A stretch of 47,161 nt of DNA from a virus: positions 1 to 47,161 of the IMG/VR virus record IMGVR_UViG_3300046060_000019; one strand, given 5' to 3'. Positions 1-7,449 of the stretch are shown here, piece after piece; within the stretch, counting starts at the first letter, position 1; each line of letters starts with the position of its first letter. The translations under genes were made by a program, and so were the position numbers. Under the pieces are notes generated by a model. It worked only from the letters and a program-made list of their open reading frames with translations, had not been told where the DNA came from and did not search any database.

Positions 1-55
1 ACTGTTCTAACTGTTCTTCCGGGTCGTCTTCGTCACCCCCCACCAGCATACCCTT
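1..55. repeat. Terminal direct repeat copy 1 (identical to 47107..47161); a circular-assembly overlap
   Basis: The first 55 nt (actgttctaactgttcttccggg...agcataccctt) recur exactly as the last 55 nt. An ORF reads in frame through the junction. Confidence 0.9.
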
Positions 56-448
56 GATTAGCGCCGCTAAGTCTTCGTCCTTCAGCGCGGACAGGTCGAA
101 GTCGTCCACGTCTGGGTCGCCTTTCGCGTCGGCGTCGGCCCAGTGAATAGCGTCCTTGTTAGTCTGTTCCGTGACGACATTCGGAACCACTTCGTCACGC
201 ATGAAGCGGTTTAGGGAAATGGACCCGTCTTCGTCCACCATGTCGTCAATATCAGCTTCACCCGGCCCGAACAGCCCAGACAGCCCCATGTCTTCCATTA
301 GGGCCATAAGACGGCCCGGTGGACGGTGATACACGGGAAGACGGAAGCCCATAATCGGAAGTTCAACGTCGCGGACTTCCGCCGTCTGTTCCTCGTACTC
401 GGTAGTGTCGGGAATATCGTACTGACTGGACGTGTCGTCGGTCGCCAT
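1..448 (-). CDS. Tail assembly chaperone-like protein, first 448 nt. The ORF continues over the circular junction and stops at 47099..47101 (151 aa in total).
   Basis: ATG at 448..446 (MATDDTSSQYDIPDTTEYEEQTAEV...), open to the window edge and therefore absent from the ORF track. The product is acidic. It is the last gene before the tape measure on the circle. A class A motif lies 35 nt upstream. Confidence 0.65.
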   Translation of the reverse strand, partial: MATDDTSSQYDIPDTTEYEEQTAEVRDVELPIMGFRLPVYHRPPGRLMALMEDMGLSGLFGPGEADIDDMVDEDGSISLNRFMRDEVVPNVVTEQTNKDAIHWADADAKGDPDVDDFDLSALKDEDLAALIKGMLVGGDEDDPEEQLEQ

Positions 449-483
449 ATGCCGAACAAGCCACCTGTTCCCCTTCAACGAGC

Positions 484-494
484 GTGACGCTGGA
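484..494 (-). promoter_or_regulatory. Class A promoter-proximal motif (GTCCAGCGTCACG variant)
   Basis: Plus strand reads gtgacgctgga. A 35-nt spacer leads to the ATG at 448. The leader is about 40 nt identical to the one at 39642..39690. Confidence 0.6.
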
Positions 495-507
495 CCACAG
501 ACCCCCT

Positions 508-867
508 TCAGACAGGGACGTGCTGGGCGGCGACCACCACGACGAACGCCACCGTGACGCCCAACACGGTGTATGCCGGTTCCCGAAGCGCGTCGCGGAA
601 GTGAAGCGTGTCGGCGTACTTCCGAAGGCCACGGCCCACCGAGTACGCCGCGCCCAGACCCACGAACGGAAGCCCAGCAACGAGCGCCTGAAGTTCAGCG
701 GGGGCGACCGACATGAACACGTCTGGGGCGATTACCGCGAGAACGCCGACGGCCAAGGCGTGCCACTCGGCGGGGTTGGACAGGAACGATACGTTCCAAA
801 CAGTCGCGTCGTCGCGTCCCGTCAGAAAGTGCGACCACTTCACGGGACCTTCGGAACCGTGGGTCAT
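508..867 (-). CDS. Small membrane protein (119 aa)
   Basis: C-terminal part of track ORF 508..1119, starting at the internal ATG 867 (MTHGSEGPVKW...). It has two or three hydrophobic segments. The upstream part of the track ORF runs over the hairpin cluster and a class A motif. Confidence 0.55.
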   Translation of the reverse strand: MTHGSEGPVKWSHFLTGRDDATVWNVSFLSNPAEWHALAVGVLAVIAPDVFMSVAPAELQALVAGLPFVGLGAAYSVGRGLRKYADTLHFRDALREPAYTVLGVTVAFVVVVAAQHVPV

Positions 868-902
868 AGCGGTGACACTCGGTCCGGGCGGCAAAACACG
901 GC

Positions 903-913
903 GTGACGCTGGA
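903..913 (-). promoter_or_regulatory. Class A promoter-proximal motif TTCCAGCGTCACG
   Basis: gtgacgctgga on the plus strand, with a 35-nt spacer to the ATG at 867. Confidence 0.6.
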
Positions 914-939
914 ACGGACAAGGACGGTGTACGGTACGC

Positions 940-975
940 GGGGATAGACTTATTACGTATGCTAAAAAACAGTAC
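940..975 (-). terminator. AT-rich patch with a T6 run (minus strand); a candidate archaeal terminator
   Basis: The minus strand reads CTGTTTTTTAGCATACGTAATAAGTC (T6 = plus 964..969), directly after the hairpin cluster and before the class A motif. Oligo-T is the usual archaeal termination signal. Confidence 0.4.
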
Positions 976-1002
976 CCGCACGCCGCTTATCGCCGTGCGT
1001 CG

Positions 1003-1135
1003 GCCCGAAGGGGCGACGCCGAAGGGGTTCACCCCCAAAGGGGGTGAATCCCCGAAGGGGGCCTTTGGCCCCCTTCGGGCGTCGTCCCGTAGGGCGACGC
1101 CACTCGGGGGGCCGTCCACGACGGCCCCATACCGT
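1003..1135. repeat. Cluster of four consecutive strong hairpins plus CCGAAGGGG iterons
   Basis: Hairpins at 1024..1053 (13 bp with one bulge), 1052..1078 (12 bp, TTT loop), 1078..1101 (10 bp) and 1108..1128 (9 bp). CCGAAGGGG occurs at 1005, 1019 and 1052, with an inverted copy at 1070. Confidence 0.8.
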
Positions 1136-1190
1136 TGACACTCGTTCTGGATAGGGCGGGAGGGAAAAACAAACAGCGGTGTTGTGTGGT

Positions 1191-1655
1191 CTATGCGAAC
1201 GCTGTCACGTCGGCAGCTAATAGACGTGCTTCGTCATTAGTGAAGGACACGACAGTCGGCTTCCCGCCTCGTTCGACAGCGTCTATTTCTTCCAGCCGGT
1301 CCAAATACTTCCGAAGCGTCCGCTTCGTCACGTTGGCGTACTCGGTCAGCACGTCGTATGTTACGCCGTTCGGGTCTTCAACGAGTGCGTGAAGGACACG
1401 AAGGCGGTTCCAGTCGTCCGCGAACGTCATTAGCCCCTGATACAGTTGCCCGTGTTCATGGCGTATTTGTTCCATGGTGAACAGGGCTTCCACGCGGCTG
1501 GGGTCGGCGTCGGCAACGGCGGAATCAACGGCGGGACTATCATGGGTGGCTAATCGGAAGGGTCCCTTCCGATTACCGCTCTGTCGGGCGATTAGGTCCG
1601 CGCCACTACTTAAAGAACTATCCGTTGGGCCGGCGGGCTGACGCTTGTCAGGCAT
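1191..1655 (-). CDS. Winged-helix DNA-binding protein (154 aa)
   Basis: Track ORF 1191..1679 trimmed to the ATG at 1655 (MPDKRQPAG...). The C-terminal VTYDVLTEYANVTKRTLRKYLDRLEEIDAVER pattern looks like an HTH/wHTH. Confidence 0.6.
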   Translation of the reverse strand: MPDKRQPAGPTDSSLSSGADLIARQSGNRKGPFRLATHDSPAVDSAVADADPSRVEALFTMEQIRHEHGQLYQGLMTFADDWNRLRVLHALVEDPNGVTYDVLTEYANVTKRTLRKYLDRLEEIDAVERGGKPTVVSFTNDEARLLAADVTAFA

Positions 1656-1684
1656 GGGCGTTTTGCTACAACGGACCACTTCAC

Positions 1685-1691
1685 ATAAATA
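1685..1691 (-). promoter_or_regulatory. TATA-box-like element TATTTAT
   Basis: The minus strand reads GAACTATTTATGTGAAG, centred about 33 nt upstream of the ATG at 1655. Confidence 0.4.
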
Positions 1692-1855
1692 GTTCTCGGG
1701 GCGTCTGACATTAGAACAGCGCCCATGGCCGTTTCTAACGCTGGTTTCCGCCGGGTATTCGTTAACAGCCCAGTGGAAGTGAACAGCGTCAGCCCATGTT
1801 CACCGCGTCACAAAGGCCCCATGGTCAGGGGTGAACGAGAAGACCGTCGTTCAGT

Positions 1856-1990
1856 TCAGCGGTCCGCGGGCCGCCCAGACGGATGGACAACGCCCTTCTT
1901 CATTTGGCCGTGTTCCAGACCGCCGTGATTACACCGGCTGTCGGGGTTGTAGCACTGAACGGGGTACGGCATGAAGGTTAGCCGCGACAT
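1856..1990 (-). CDS. Small hypothetical protein (44 aa, Cys/His-containing)
   Basis: ATG at 1990, 10 nt after the major tail gene stop (MSRLTFMPYPVQCYNPDSRCNHGG...). It is below the track size cut-off. Confidence 0.3.
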   Translation of the reverse strand: MSRLTFMPYPVQCYNPDSRCNHGGLEHGQMKKGVVHPSGRPADR

Positions 1991-2002
1991 GCGAACTATC
2001 CT

Positions 2003-3013
2003 TCAGTACGCCGAAGTCTGACCGTTCACCAGTGTTCCCTGAACGTCGTACCCGGCGCTCGGGTCCACCAGCGCCCGAAGTTCGACGTTTTCAGCGATTA
2101 GGTCCTGTTCGTTCAACTGGGCGTCGTGGGTGTTAATGGTACACCGGGGGGCGTCCAGTTCCAGCGAATACTGGGTGGACGTGTCAGCGATTGTCTCGGG
2201 GCTGACCCACTTCGCGTTCACGCCACCCTCGTACAGTTCGTCTTCCGGGCCGGTCGCCCCGGCGGACCCCCAGAACTTTTCCATGACGTTCGTGTTCTCG
2301 AAGTCCAGCGTGGCTTCAAACACTATCTCGCGGGTTCCGACGGTCATTTTCGCCGGGGTACGGCCCCCTCGCGTGTGCGGGGTCAGGTTGTTCGTGACAC
2401 TGACCGTCAGGTCCCGAAGGTCCACTGTTCGGTCGGTCCCGAACAGCGTGTACGTGGCGTCGTGGTACACCAGCGCCCGAAGGTTGTCGTAAGCCGGGGT
2501 TGACGCCGAGACAGAACCGTCCGGCTCTTTCGCGGGCATGTCCATGGACATGGACAGCCGCTCGCCGCTGGAATGGGACAGTTCCAGACTTTCGACGCCG
2601 ACACCCGTGTGGCGAACGGCGTCCACGTTCCCCAGCCCCAGTTCCACGGCCAACGATGGAAGTTTGTCGTCCGTGGTGAAGGTGTGGGTCCCGACTTCGT
2701 CCGTTCCGTCGCCGTCGGGGTCAGACGTGGTGACGCTCGTACTTCCGAACGCCGCCTTCAGTAACAGCCCTATCGCTTCGGGCGTTACCGGCATGTCCAG
2801 TGACCCGTCGTCGGTGAATTCCCCGGCCACCGCCGAGTGGGTGTCACGGCCCCGAGTCGTGGACAGGAAAATCGGGTTGTTATCACCCGAGAACCCGTCA
2901 CTGACGACGTTCAGGAATTCGGACGGGGAAGCCCCGTCGCCGTAACTGGATTCTTCGGCTATACCGGCATAGCCAAAGAACGACTGTCCGTCTTCACCGA
3001 TTGTTTGTGACAT
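2003..3013 (-). CDS. Major tail (tail tube) protein candidate
   Basis: 336-aa ORF located after the connector/terminator genes and before the chaperone and tape measure on the circle. Sequence style resembles siphovirus tube proteins (FGYAGIAEESSYG...). Confidence 0.55.
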   Translation of the reverse strand: MSQTIGEDGQSFFGYAGIAEESSYGDGASPSEFLNVVSDGFSGDNNPIFLSTTRGRDTHSAVAGEFTDDGSLDMPVTPEAIGLLLKAAFGSTSVTTSDPDGDGTDEVGTHTFTTDDKLPSLAVELGLGNVDAVRHTGVGVESLELSHSSGERLSMSMDMPAKEPDGSVSASTPAYDNLRALVYHDATYTLFGTDRTVDLRDLTVSVTNNLTPHTRGGRTPAKMTVGTREIVFEATLDFENTNVMEKFWGSAGATGPEDELYEGGVNAKWVSPETIADTSTQYSLELDAPRCTINTHDAQLNEQDLIAENVELRALVDPSAGYDVQGTLVNGQTSAY

Positions 3014-3423
3014 TAGTTATCACCCTCGTTGTTCCCGTCCGCGTCCGGGCCGTCCCGGTGGCTGGACTGGTGGCCGTCCAGCGCCTTCGTCGTTTCAAAC
3101 GCCTTTCCGCACTGTTCGCACGCCACGCCGAAGCCGAACAGGTTGTTTGTCCGAACCAGTTCGACCGCGACGGGAAGGACAACCGCGTTCCGGGGCGCGT
3201 CCCCGGATTTGACGGCTGTTTCCGTGGCGACCGGAAGGGGCTTGTGTGCGATACGTCCGTTACGCTGTTCTGTCGTGAAAATCAGGTTGAAGTCGTCCAC
3301 GGTAACGCTCGTGGACGCCCCCCGGAACTGGATAAACGACGGGACCGATTCACGGTCCACAACGTCTTCCAGCGGGGGTTCGCTGGTTGCCTGATTTTCC
3401 TCGTTCGTAAGGTCCCTGACCAT
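3013..3423 (-). CDS. Protein with a classical C2H2 zinc finger (136 aa)
   Basis: C-terminal CEQCGKAFETTKALDGHQSSH matches C-X2-C-X12-H-X3-H. There is a TAATG overlap with the tail tube gene. Confidence 0.7.
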   Translation of the reverse strand: MVRDLTNEENQATSEPPLEDVVDRESVPSFIQFRGASTSVTVDDFNLIFTTEQRNGRIAHKPLPVATETAVKSGDAPRNAVVLPVAVELVRTNNLFGFGVACEQCGKAFETTKALDGHQSSHRDGPDADGNNEGDN

Positions 3424-3446
3424 GGTTTTGTATAGTCGTATGTGGT

Positions 3447-3962
3447 TTATCGCGGCTTAATCCGCCGCGTGCGGACTTCAAACCCGACAGAACACCAGTG
3501 GACAACCGCGTCACCCCCGCCGCTGAAGCGGAAGTCCGGTTCCAGCCCGGACCACGTCACGTCTTCAGCGACGGGGTCAGTCCCGTCGGATTTGGTAAGG
3601 TTCCTGTTCGCTTCGACGTTGTCCACGACGGTGGAACATATTCTGACGACGTTTTCCAGTCCCCAGTCTCGGCTAAAGTTCCAGTCGAAGACCGCCGCGT
3701 CAACGCTGAAGGTGTCTGTCTGTTTCGCCACCGTGTCGGCTTCGCTGTCGTACCCCGAGAACACGGTGAACACCACGGGCGGCTTGTAGCTGTTTATCAG
3801 CGTGTCCCCGTCTACCATGCCCGTTTCGTGGAAGGTCACGTCTTCCAGCGATTCGCCGTCCGCTAAGTGGTTGTCCACGGCCACGTCGCGGAAGCGGCCC
3901 AGCACGGTGAACAGGTGTTCGGGGAACCCGGACAGGTCCGCCGGGTCGAATTCGGTGGTCAC
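3447..3962 (-). CDS. Tail terminator / tail completion candidate (171 aa)
   Basis: Call rests on position between the gp10-like gene and the tail tube gene. The product is acidic. Confidence 0.4.
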   Translation of the reverse strand: MTTEFDPADLSGFPEHLFTVLGRFRDVAVDNHLADGESLEDVTFHETGMVDGDTLINSYKPPVVFTVFSGYDSEADTVAKQTDTFSVDAAVFDWNFSRDWGLENVVRICSTVVDNVEANRNLTKSDGTDPVAEDVTWSGLEPDFRFSGGGDAVVHWCSVGFEVRTRRIKPR

Positions 3963-4225
3963 TCGGGGTCACCCCCGACGCCGTCTGTAACGCCGTCCAG
4001 CGCGTCGTCAGCGTCGTCAGCGGCTTCGCGGGCGTGACGGTAAATCACGAACGCGAACACCCAGACGACTGTAACGAGCGCCGCGAACGCCCCCCAGCGA
4101 ACCGTGGGGCCGCCCGCCACAACTGTTTCCACCGACTTCGTCCAGCCGAGTAACGGGACTGTCGGGTAATAGACAGCCTTCTTACCCAGATTAACCGCTC
4201 GTTCCCGTGGTGTGTTCCCTGACAT
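3959..4225 (-). CDS. Small membrane protein (88 aa)
   Basis: Track ORF 3959..4285 trimmed to the ATG at 4225 (TAACCATG junction). Contains the hydrophobic segment WGAFAALVTVVWVFAFVIY. Confidence 0.5.
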   Translation of the reverse strand: MSGNTPRERAVNLGKKAVYYPTVPLLGWTKSVETVVAGGPTVRWGAFAALVTVVWVFAFVIYRHAREAADDADDALDGVTDGVGGDPE

Positions 4226-4227
4226 GG

Positions 4228-4740
4228 TTATCTGAAAGCGTCGCGGACGGCGTCGCCCGCCACGTCTTCGACCGTGGTTTCCCACTGTTTCGTGGAACGG
4301 TCCACGAAACGGTCAGGGAACGATTCATGGCCGGACTGGAAGATGGATTCCCGAACGGCCCACCCAGCCTGTTCGTCACCGAGTTTCGCCCGCGCCCATT
4401 CCAGTATCGGACCGGGCGGTGGGCGTTCCTCGGTGTATGTCGGCGTTCTCGGCTGACCAACGATAGCGCGAACTAACAGCCACCCTTCGCGTGTTTGCTT
4501 GAACGGCTGGACCGTCTTTTTCTTCGACCGTCCTTCCGGCTTCGTGTCTATGCTGTCCCGAAGGCTGGGCGGGTTCTTCCCCGCGCCTTCGGGCGCTTCC
4601 CGCCGCATAGCACTTTCCGCGAGAACGGCCAAAGCGTTGGCGGCGTCCATGGCCCCGTCGTCCACGGCGTTTTCCCATGACTGAACAAGGGCGTTCGCCG
4701 CGTCAGCGTCCACGTCAATTTCAATTTCAGTGCTGGGCAT
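4228..4740 (-). CDS. HK97 gp10-like head-tail joining protein
   Basis: REAPEGAGKNPPSLRDSIDT resembles the gp10-family (A/E)P.(D)TG.LR.SI signature. It lies within the connector module. Confidence 0.55.
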   Translation of the reverse strand: MPSTEIEIDVDADAANALVQSWENAVDDGAMDAANALAVLAESAMRREAPEGAGKNPPSLRDSIDTKPEGRSKKKTVQPFKQTREGWLLVRAIVGQPRTPTYTEERPPPGPILEWARAKLGDEQAGWAVRESIFQSGHESFPDRFVDRSTKQWETTVEDVAGDAVRDAFR

Positions 4741-4748
4741 GGTGGCTG

Positions 4749-5177
4749 TTAGAATTCGTCTATCAACGCCCCGCTTCGGGCGTCCGTGTCGGTCGCTTTG
4801 CCTTCAGTTTCGGCTTCGCTGTCCGCCACGTCGCTGACGTTCGACCACTCGTTGAACTTCGTGTGGGCCTTGTCGTCGGCTGTCCGGGTCCGGTCAGTGG
4901 ACCCGTCGCCGCCGTTGAAGTTACGAGCGTAACTGAAGGTGGATTCGCTGACGGCTAACCACGCCGTCGCTTCCACTAATAGGTCGTGAAGGCTGGAAGC
5001 GTCGGGAAGGTCCGTCTTCCCTGTCTCGTTCTTCCACCACGACTGAACGCTGTTCGTGGCCCGTTCAATCGCCCCGTCAAAGTCCCGTTGGGAACCTTTG
5101 TCGGGGATTTTGATTAGGTCCTGAACGTCGTCGGTCAGACACCAGTGGTCGTCCGATAGGCTGGTTACTTCAGCCAT
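4749..5177 (-). CDS. Head-tail connector (gp6-like) candidate
   Basis: Track ORF 4749..5204 trimmed to the ATG at 5177 (ATGGCTGA overlap with the upstream stop). Call is by position. Confidence 0.4.
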   Translation of the reverse strand: MAEVTSLSDDHWCLTDDVQDLIKIPDKGSQRDFDGAIERATNSVQSWWKNETGKTDLPDASSLHDLLVEATAWLAVSESTFSYARNFNGGDGSTDRTRTADDKAHTKFNEWSNVSDVADSEAETEGKATDTDARSGALIDEF

Positions 5178-5511
5178 TTCGACCACCCAGCCGACCGTCG
5201 TCACTGAACAGCGCCGTTACCACTTCGCTGGGCGGGGCGACTTCCGCCCGTTTCCAGACGTAATACGCCCCTGTCGCTTCCAGCGTGACGAACAGGATAA
5301 TCGCCCAGATTTTCAGTGTCGCTATCGCGGCTTCACTGGGGTTCCACGCCGCCGAGAACACCATTATCAGGGCTGACCCAGCCACGAACAGCGCCGTGAC
5401 GTGTCCGGGGTGACAGCGTCGCGGATTGATTAACTGAAGGTACACGGCGGCGAATACGCCGAACATCCCAGCGAACGTACCGAACCAGTCAATCATTGTC
5501 GTCAGTTCCAT
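5170..5511 (-). CDS. Membrane protein (about 108-113 aa, 3-4 TM segments)
   Basis: Hydrophobic throughout (FGTFAGMFGVFAAVYLQLI..., IWAIILFVTLEATGAYYVW). An alternative start at 5496 gives an ATGATTGA overlap. Confidence 0.6.
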   Translation of the reverse strand: MELTTMIDWFGTFAGMFGVFAAVYLQLINPRRCHPGHVTALFVAGSALIMVFSAAWNPSEAAIATLKIWAIILFVTLEATGAYYVWKRAEVAPPSEVVTALFSDDGRLGGRNG

Positions 5512-5743
5512 GTTCGCTTTCCTCGTTGTCGTCGGACCCGGTTTCTATGCCGACGGACACCGGGAAATTCTCGGTTAGCATGTCCACGCCCAGCAGAATC
5601 CCGATTAGGAACAGTAGCAGTTCCACCCTGACGACGGTCAGGGGTAGTGCGGGTAGCCAAAAATGGGCTAACAGCGTGAACGTCGCCGCTAACCCACCGA
5701 CGGCTTTCGCCGCCTTTGTCCAGCGTATTCCGTTTGTATCCAT
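5489..5743 (-). CDS. Membrane protein (84 aa) with an acidic tail
   Basis: Two hydrophobic segments (GGLAATFTLLAHFWLPALPL, LLLFLIGILLGV) followed by GSDDNEESEHGTDDND. Confidence 0.6.
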   Translation of the reverse strand: MDTNGIRWTKAAKAVGGLAATFTLLAHFWLPALPLTVVRVELLLFLIGILLGVDMLTENFPVSVGIETGSDDNEESEHGTDDND

Positions 5744-5778
5744 GCGTGGTCATGCTCGTTTCCCCGGTGTCGTCCGGG

Positions 5779-5988
5779 TCACTCGGCGTTGTCACCCCGT
5801 TCGTCCAGCGCGTCTTTTACCGTCGTTCGGTCCCTGAAGTCCACTTCCGCGTCGCGGACTTCCGACAGGTGACCGTCGGCGTCCCCGGCCTGAATCGCGT
5901 TTACGACGGCTTCATAGCCGTCGTCGTCACGAACGAATCCGTCGGGGTCGAATTCATCCGGGGCGTCCCCGCCCTCGTTCAGTTTCCC
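5779..5988 (-). CDS. Start-less acidic ORF reachable by a -1 frameshift from 5979..6326 (about 66-codon extension)
   Basis: Slippery heptamer G GGA AAC (plus 5982..5988) abuts the 0-frame stop. The -1 frame reads KLNEGGDAPDEFDPDGFVRDDDGYEAV...DERGDNAE* and has no ATG, GTG or TTG near its 5' end. Confidence 0.5.
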   Translation of the reverse strand, partial: GKLNEGGDAPDEFDPDGFVRDDDGYEAVVNAIQAGDADGHLSEVRDAEVDFRDRTTVKDALDERGDNAE

Positions 5989-6326
5989 GAACCACCCCCG
6001 TCGTCGCCGTCGCCGTTCGTGTCGCTGTCGGTGGTGGCGTCCTCGCCGTTCGTGTCGCTGTCGGTGGTGGCGTCCTCGTCGTCCGTGTCGCCCACCAGTT
6101 CGTCCCGCGTCGGGCCGGACTGGTTGGTGTTGATAGCGGAAGACGGCTGTTCAGTCTCGCCGTCGTGGTCCTCGGGCGGGTCTTCCCACCCACGGGTCCG
6201 GTAGAACCGTTCCAGTTCCGCCGGAACCTCGTACATGCCGGGACCCGCATAGCGGGTGTCCGACTGGTAGTCCACGAATTCGGCGTCGTTCGGCCACTGA
6301 AGCGTGACCGTGGATTTTCCAGACAT
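5979..6326 (-). CDS. Acidic repeat protein downstream of the capsid gene (115 aa)
   Basis: Track ORF containing the duplicated 11-aa unit GEDATTDSDTN. Confidence 0.65.
   Translation of the reverse strand: MSGKSTVTLQWPNDAEFVDYQSDTRYAGPGMYEVPAELERFYRTRGWEDPPEDHDGETEQPSSAINTNQSGPTRDELVGDTDDEDATTDSDTNGEDATTDSDTNGDGDDGGGSGN
6011..6076. repeat. Perfect 33-bp tandem duplication (2 copies)
   Basis: cgccgttcgtgtcgctgtcggtggtggcgtcct occurs at 6011..6043 and again at 6044..6076. Confidence 0.85.
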
Positions 6327-6329
6327 GTT

Positions 6330-7445
6330 TTAAATATCCTGAATGACGACCCAGTTCTCGGGACGAACCATTTCCACGCCGAATTCTTGTGCGACCTTGT
6401 ACCACGTCTGGGGCGGGTCGTTTTCCCACCACGACTGGGTGATGAAGCCCATGGACGTATCCACGGACCAACTTCCAGTCGGTTCCTCGCCGCCGCGCTG
6501 AACGATGTTGTCCAGCCGGTCGGTCAGCACGGGCATACCCGCCGCTCGCGGGTCACCAGCGGTCCCGAACAGGATGTTCCGGCGCTGGGTCCCGGCGGAC
6601 ACGTCGTAGGGTTCCAGAATGTTGTCCTTCACCGCGTTCTCCCGGTCTTCCACGACGTTGTCGTTTTCGTCTATCGGCTCGCCGTTGTCGTTGGTCCTGA
6701 CAACCTTGGTGTAAACCTTCACCATGTTGTCAATCGGAAGCACGTTCGCCACCTGTTCTTCCGTAAGACCCTGAACCGCGACGCCGCTGAAGCGGTCTTC
6801 AAGGTCGTTGTTCTTTTTCAGGTCGGTGGCGACCGACGGCGGGGCGTAGGTGGTCGGCGCTGGAAGTTCGTCCAGCATGGTCCCCTCGGTGTCCACCAGT
6901 TCGTCGGCGTCGTGGAACACGTTCTGGGGGGTCGCGTTGGCGGTGTCGCTGAACGCCGTCGCGGGCTTCAGAACGTGGGTGGAATCCAGTGCGGGGTGGG
7001 CCGTCTGACCGTCTTGCCCAATGAACCCGTCCACGTCGTCCAGCCCGCGCCACCCGGCGACTTCCCGAGTGATACGAAGTTCCCGCTGAAGTTGGTCCAC
7101 ACAGTAGTTGAAGGCGTTCAGCAGGTCTTCGTCCGTGTTCACCTCGAAGTCCGCGCCGCGCTCGGGGCTTCGCTTCTTCTTGAAGGTGTCCACTGAATAC
7201 TGGTCTTTCGACAGGTCTTCAGTTTTCCCCGTCGGCGCTTCCGCCGACAGCGCCGTCTGTCGCATGGGAAGCGCCCCGCTGTTCATCCGGTAGTACGTTT
7301 CCTCGCTGTCCGTTAGGACAATCGTGGGGAGAATGTCACTGATGGACGGCCCACGGGTGTCCAGTTGGGACAGGTCCCGAACGATTTGATTCCGAACCGT
7401 TTCGGGCGACAGTTCGTCTGCCCGACTAAGTGTTAGTTCAGCCAT
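6330..7445 (-). CDS. Major capsid protein candidate (HK97 fold, lambda gpE-like arrangement)
   Basis: 371-aa ORF directly after the protease/scaffold and decoration-like genes. Size and position are typical for a capsid protein. Confidence 0.65.
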   Translation of the reverse strand: MAELTLSRADELSPETVRNQIVRDLSQLDTRGPSISDILPTIVLTDSEETYYRMNSGALPMRQTALSAEAPTGKTEDLSKDQYSVDTFKKKRSPERGADFEVNTDEDLLNAFNYCVDQLQRELRITREVAGWRGLDDVDGFIGQDGQTAHPALDSTHVLKPATAFSDTANATPQNVFHDADELVDTEGTMLDELPAPTTYAPPSVATDLKKNNDLEDRFSGVAVQGLTEEQVANVLPIDNMVKVYTKVVRTNDNGEPIDENDNVVEDRENAVKDNILEPYDVSAGTQRRNILFGTAGDPRAAGMPVLTDRLDNIVQRGGEEPTGSWSVDTSMGFITQSWWENDPPQTWYKVAQEFGVEMVRPENWVVIQDI

Positions 7446-7449
7446 GTGT

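Noticed and set aside
1-55. The 55-nt terminal repeat as a true direct terminal repeat, or as cos or pac ends.
   Set aside because: The repeat lies inside the chaperone coding sequence, and the ORF is in frame across the junction. This is what an arbitrary circular-assembly overlap looks like. The true termini cannot be inferred from the sequence alone.
508-1119. The full 203-aa ORF running through the hairpin cluster.
   Set aside because: Its N-terminal 84 residues are translated from the palindromic iteron block and a class A motif. The internal ATG at 867 sits exactly 35 nt after that motif and gives a clean membrane protein.
6165-7196. Long plus-strand ORFs. This one is 343 aa; others are 29857..30987 (376 aa), 36293..37306 (337 aa), 14779..15540, 16893..17624, 18321..18941 and 8727..9449.
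   Set aside because: They are antisense shadows of strong minus-strand genes in GC-rich DNA. Their products are Arg/Val/Gly/Pro-rich and non-acidic, unlike every credible protein here, and they have no start context or coupling.
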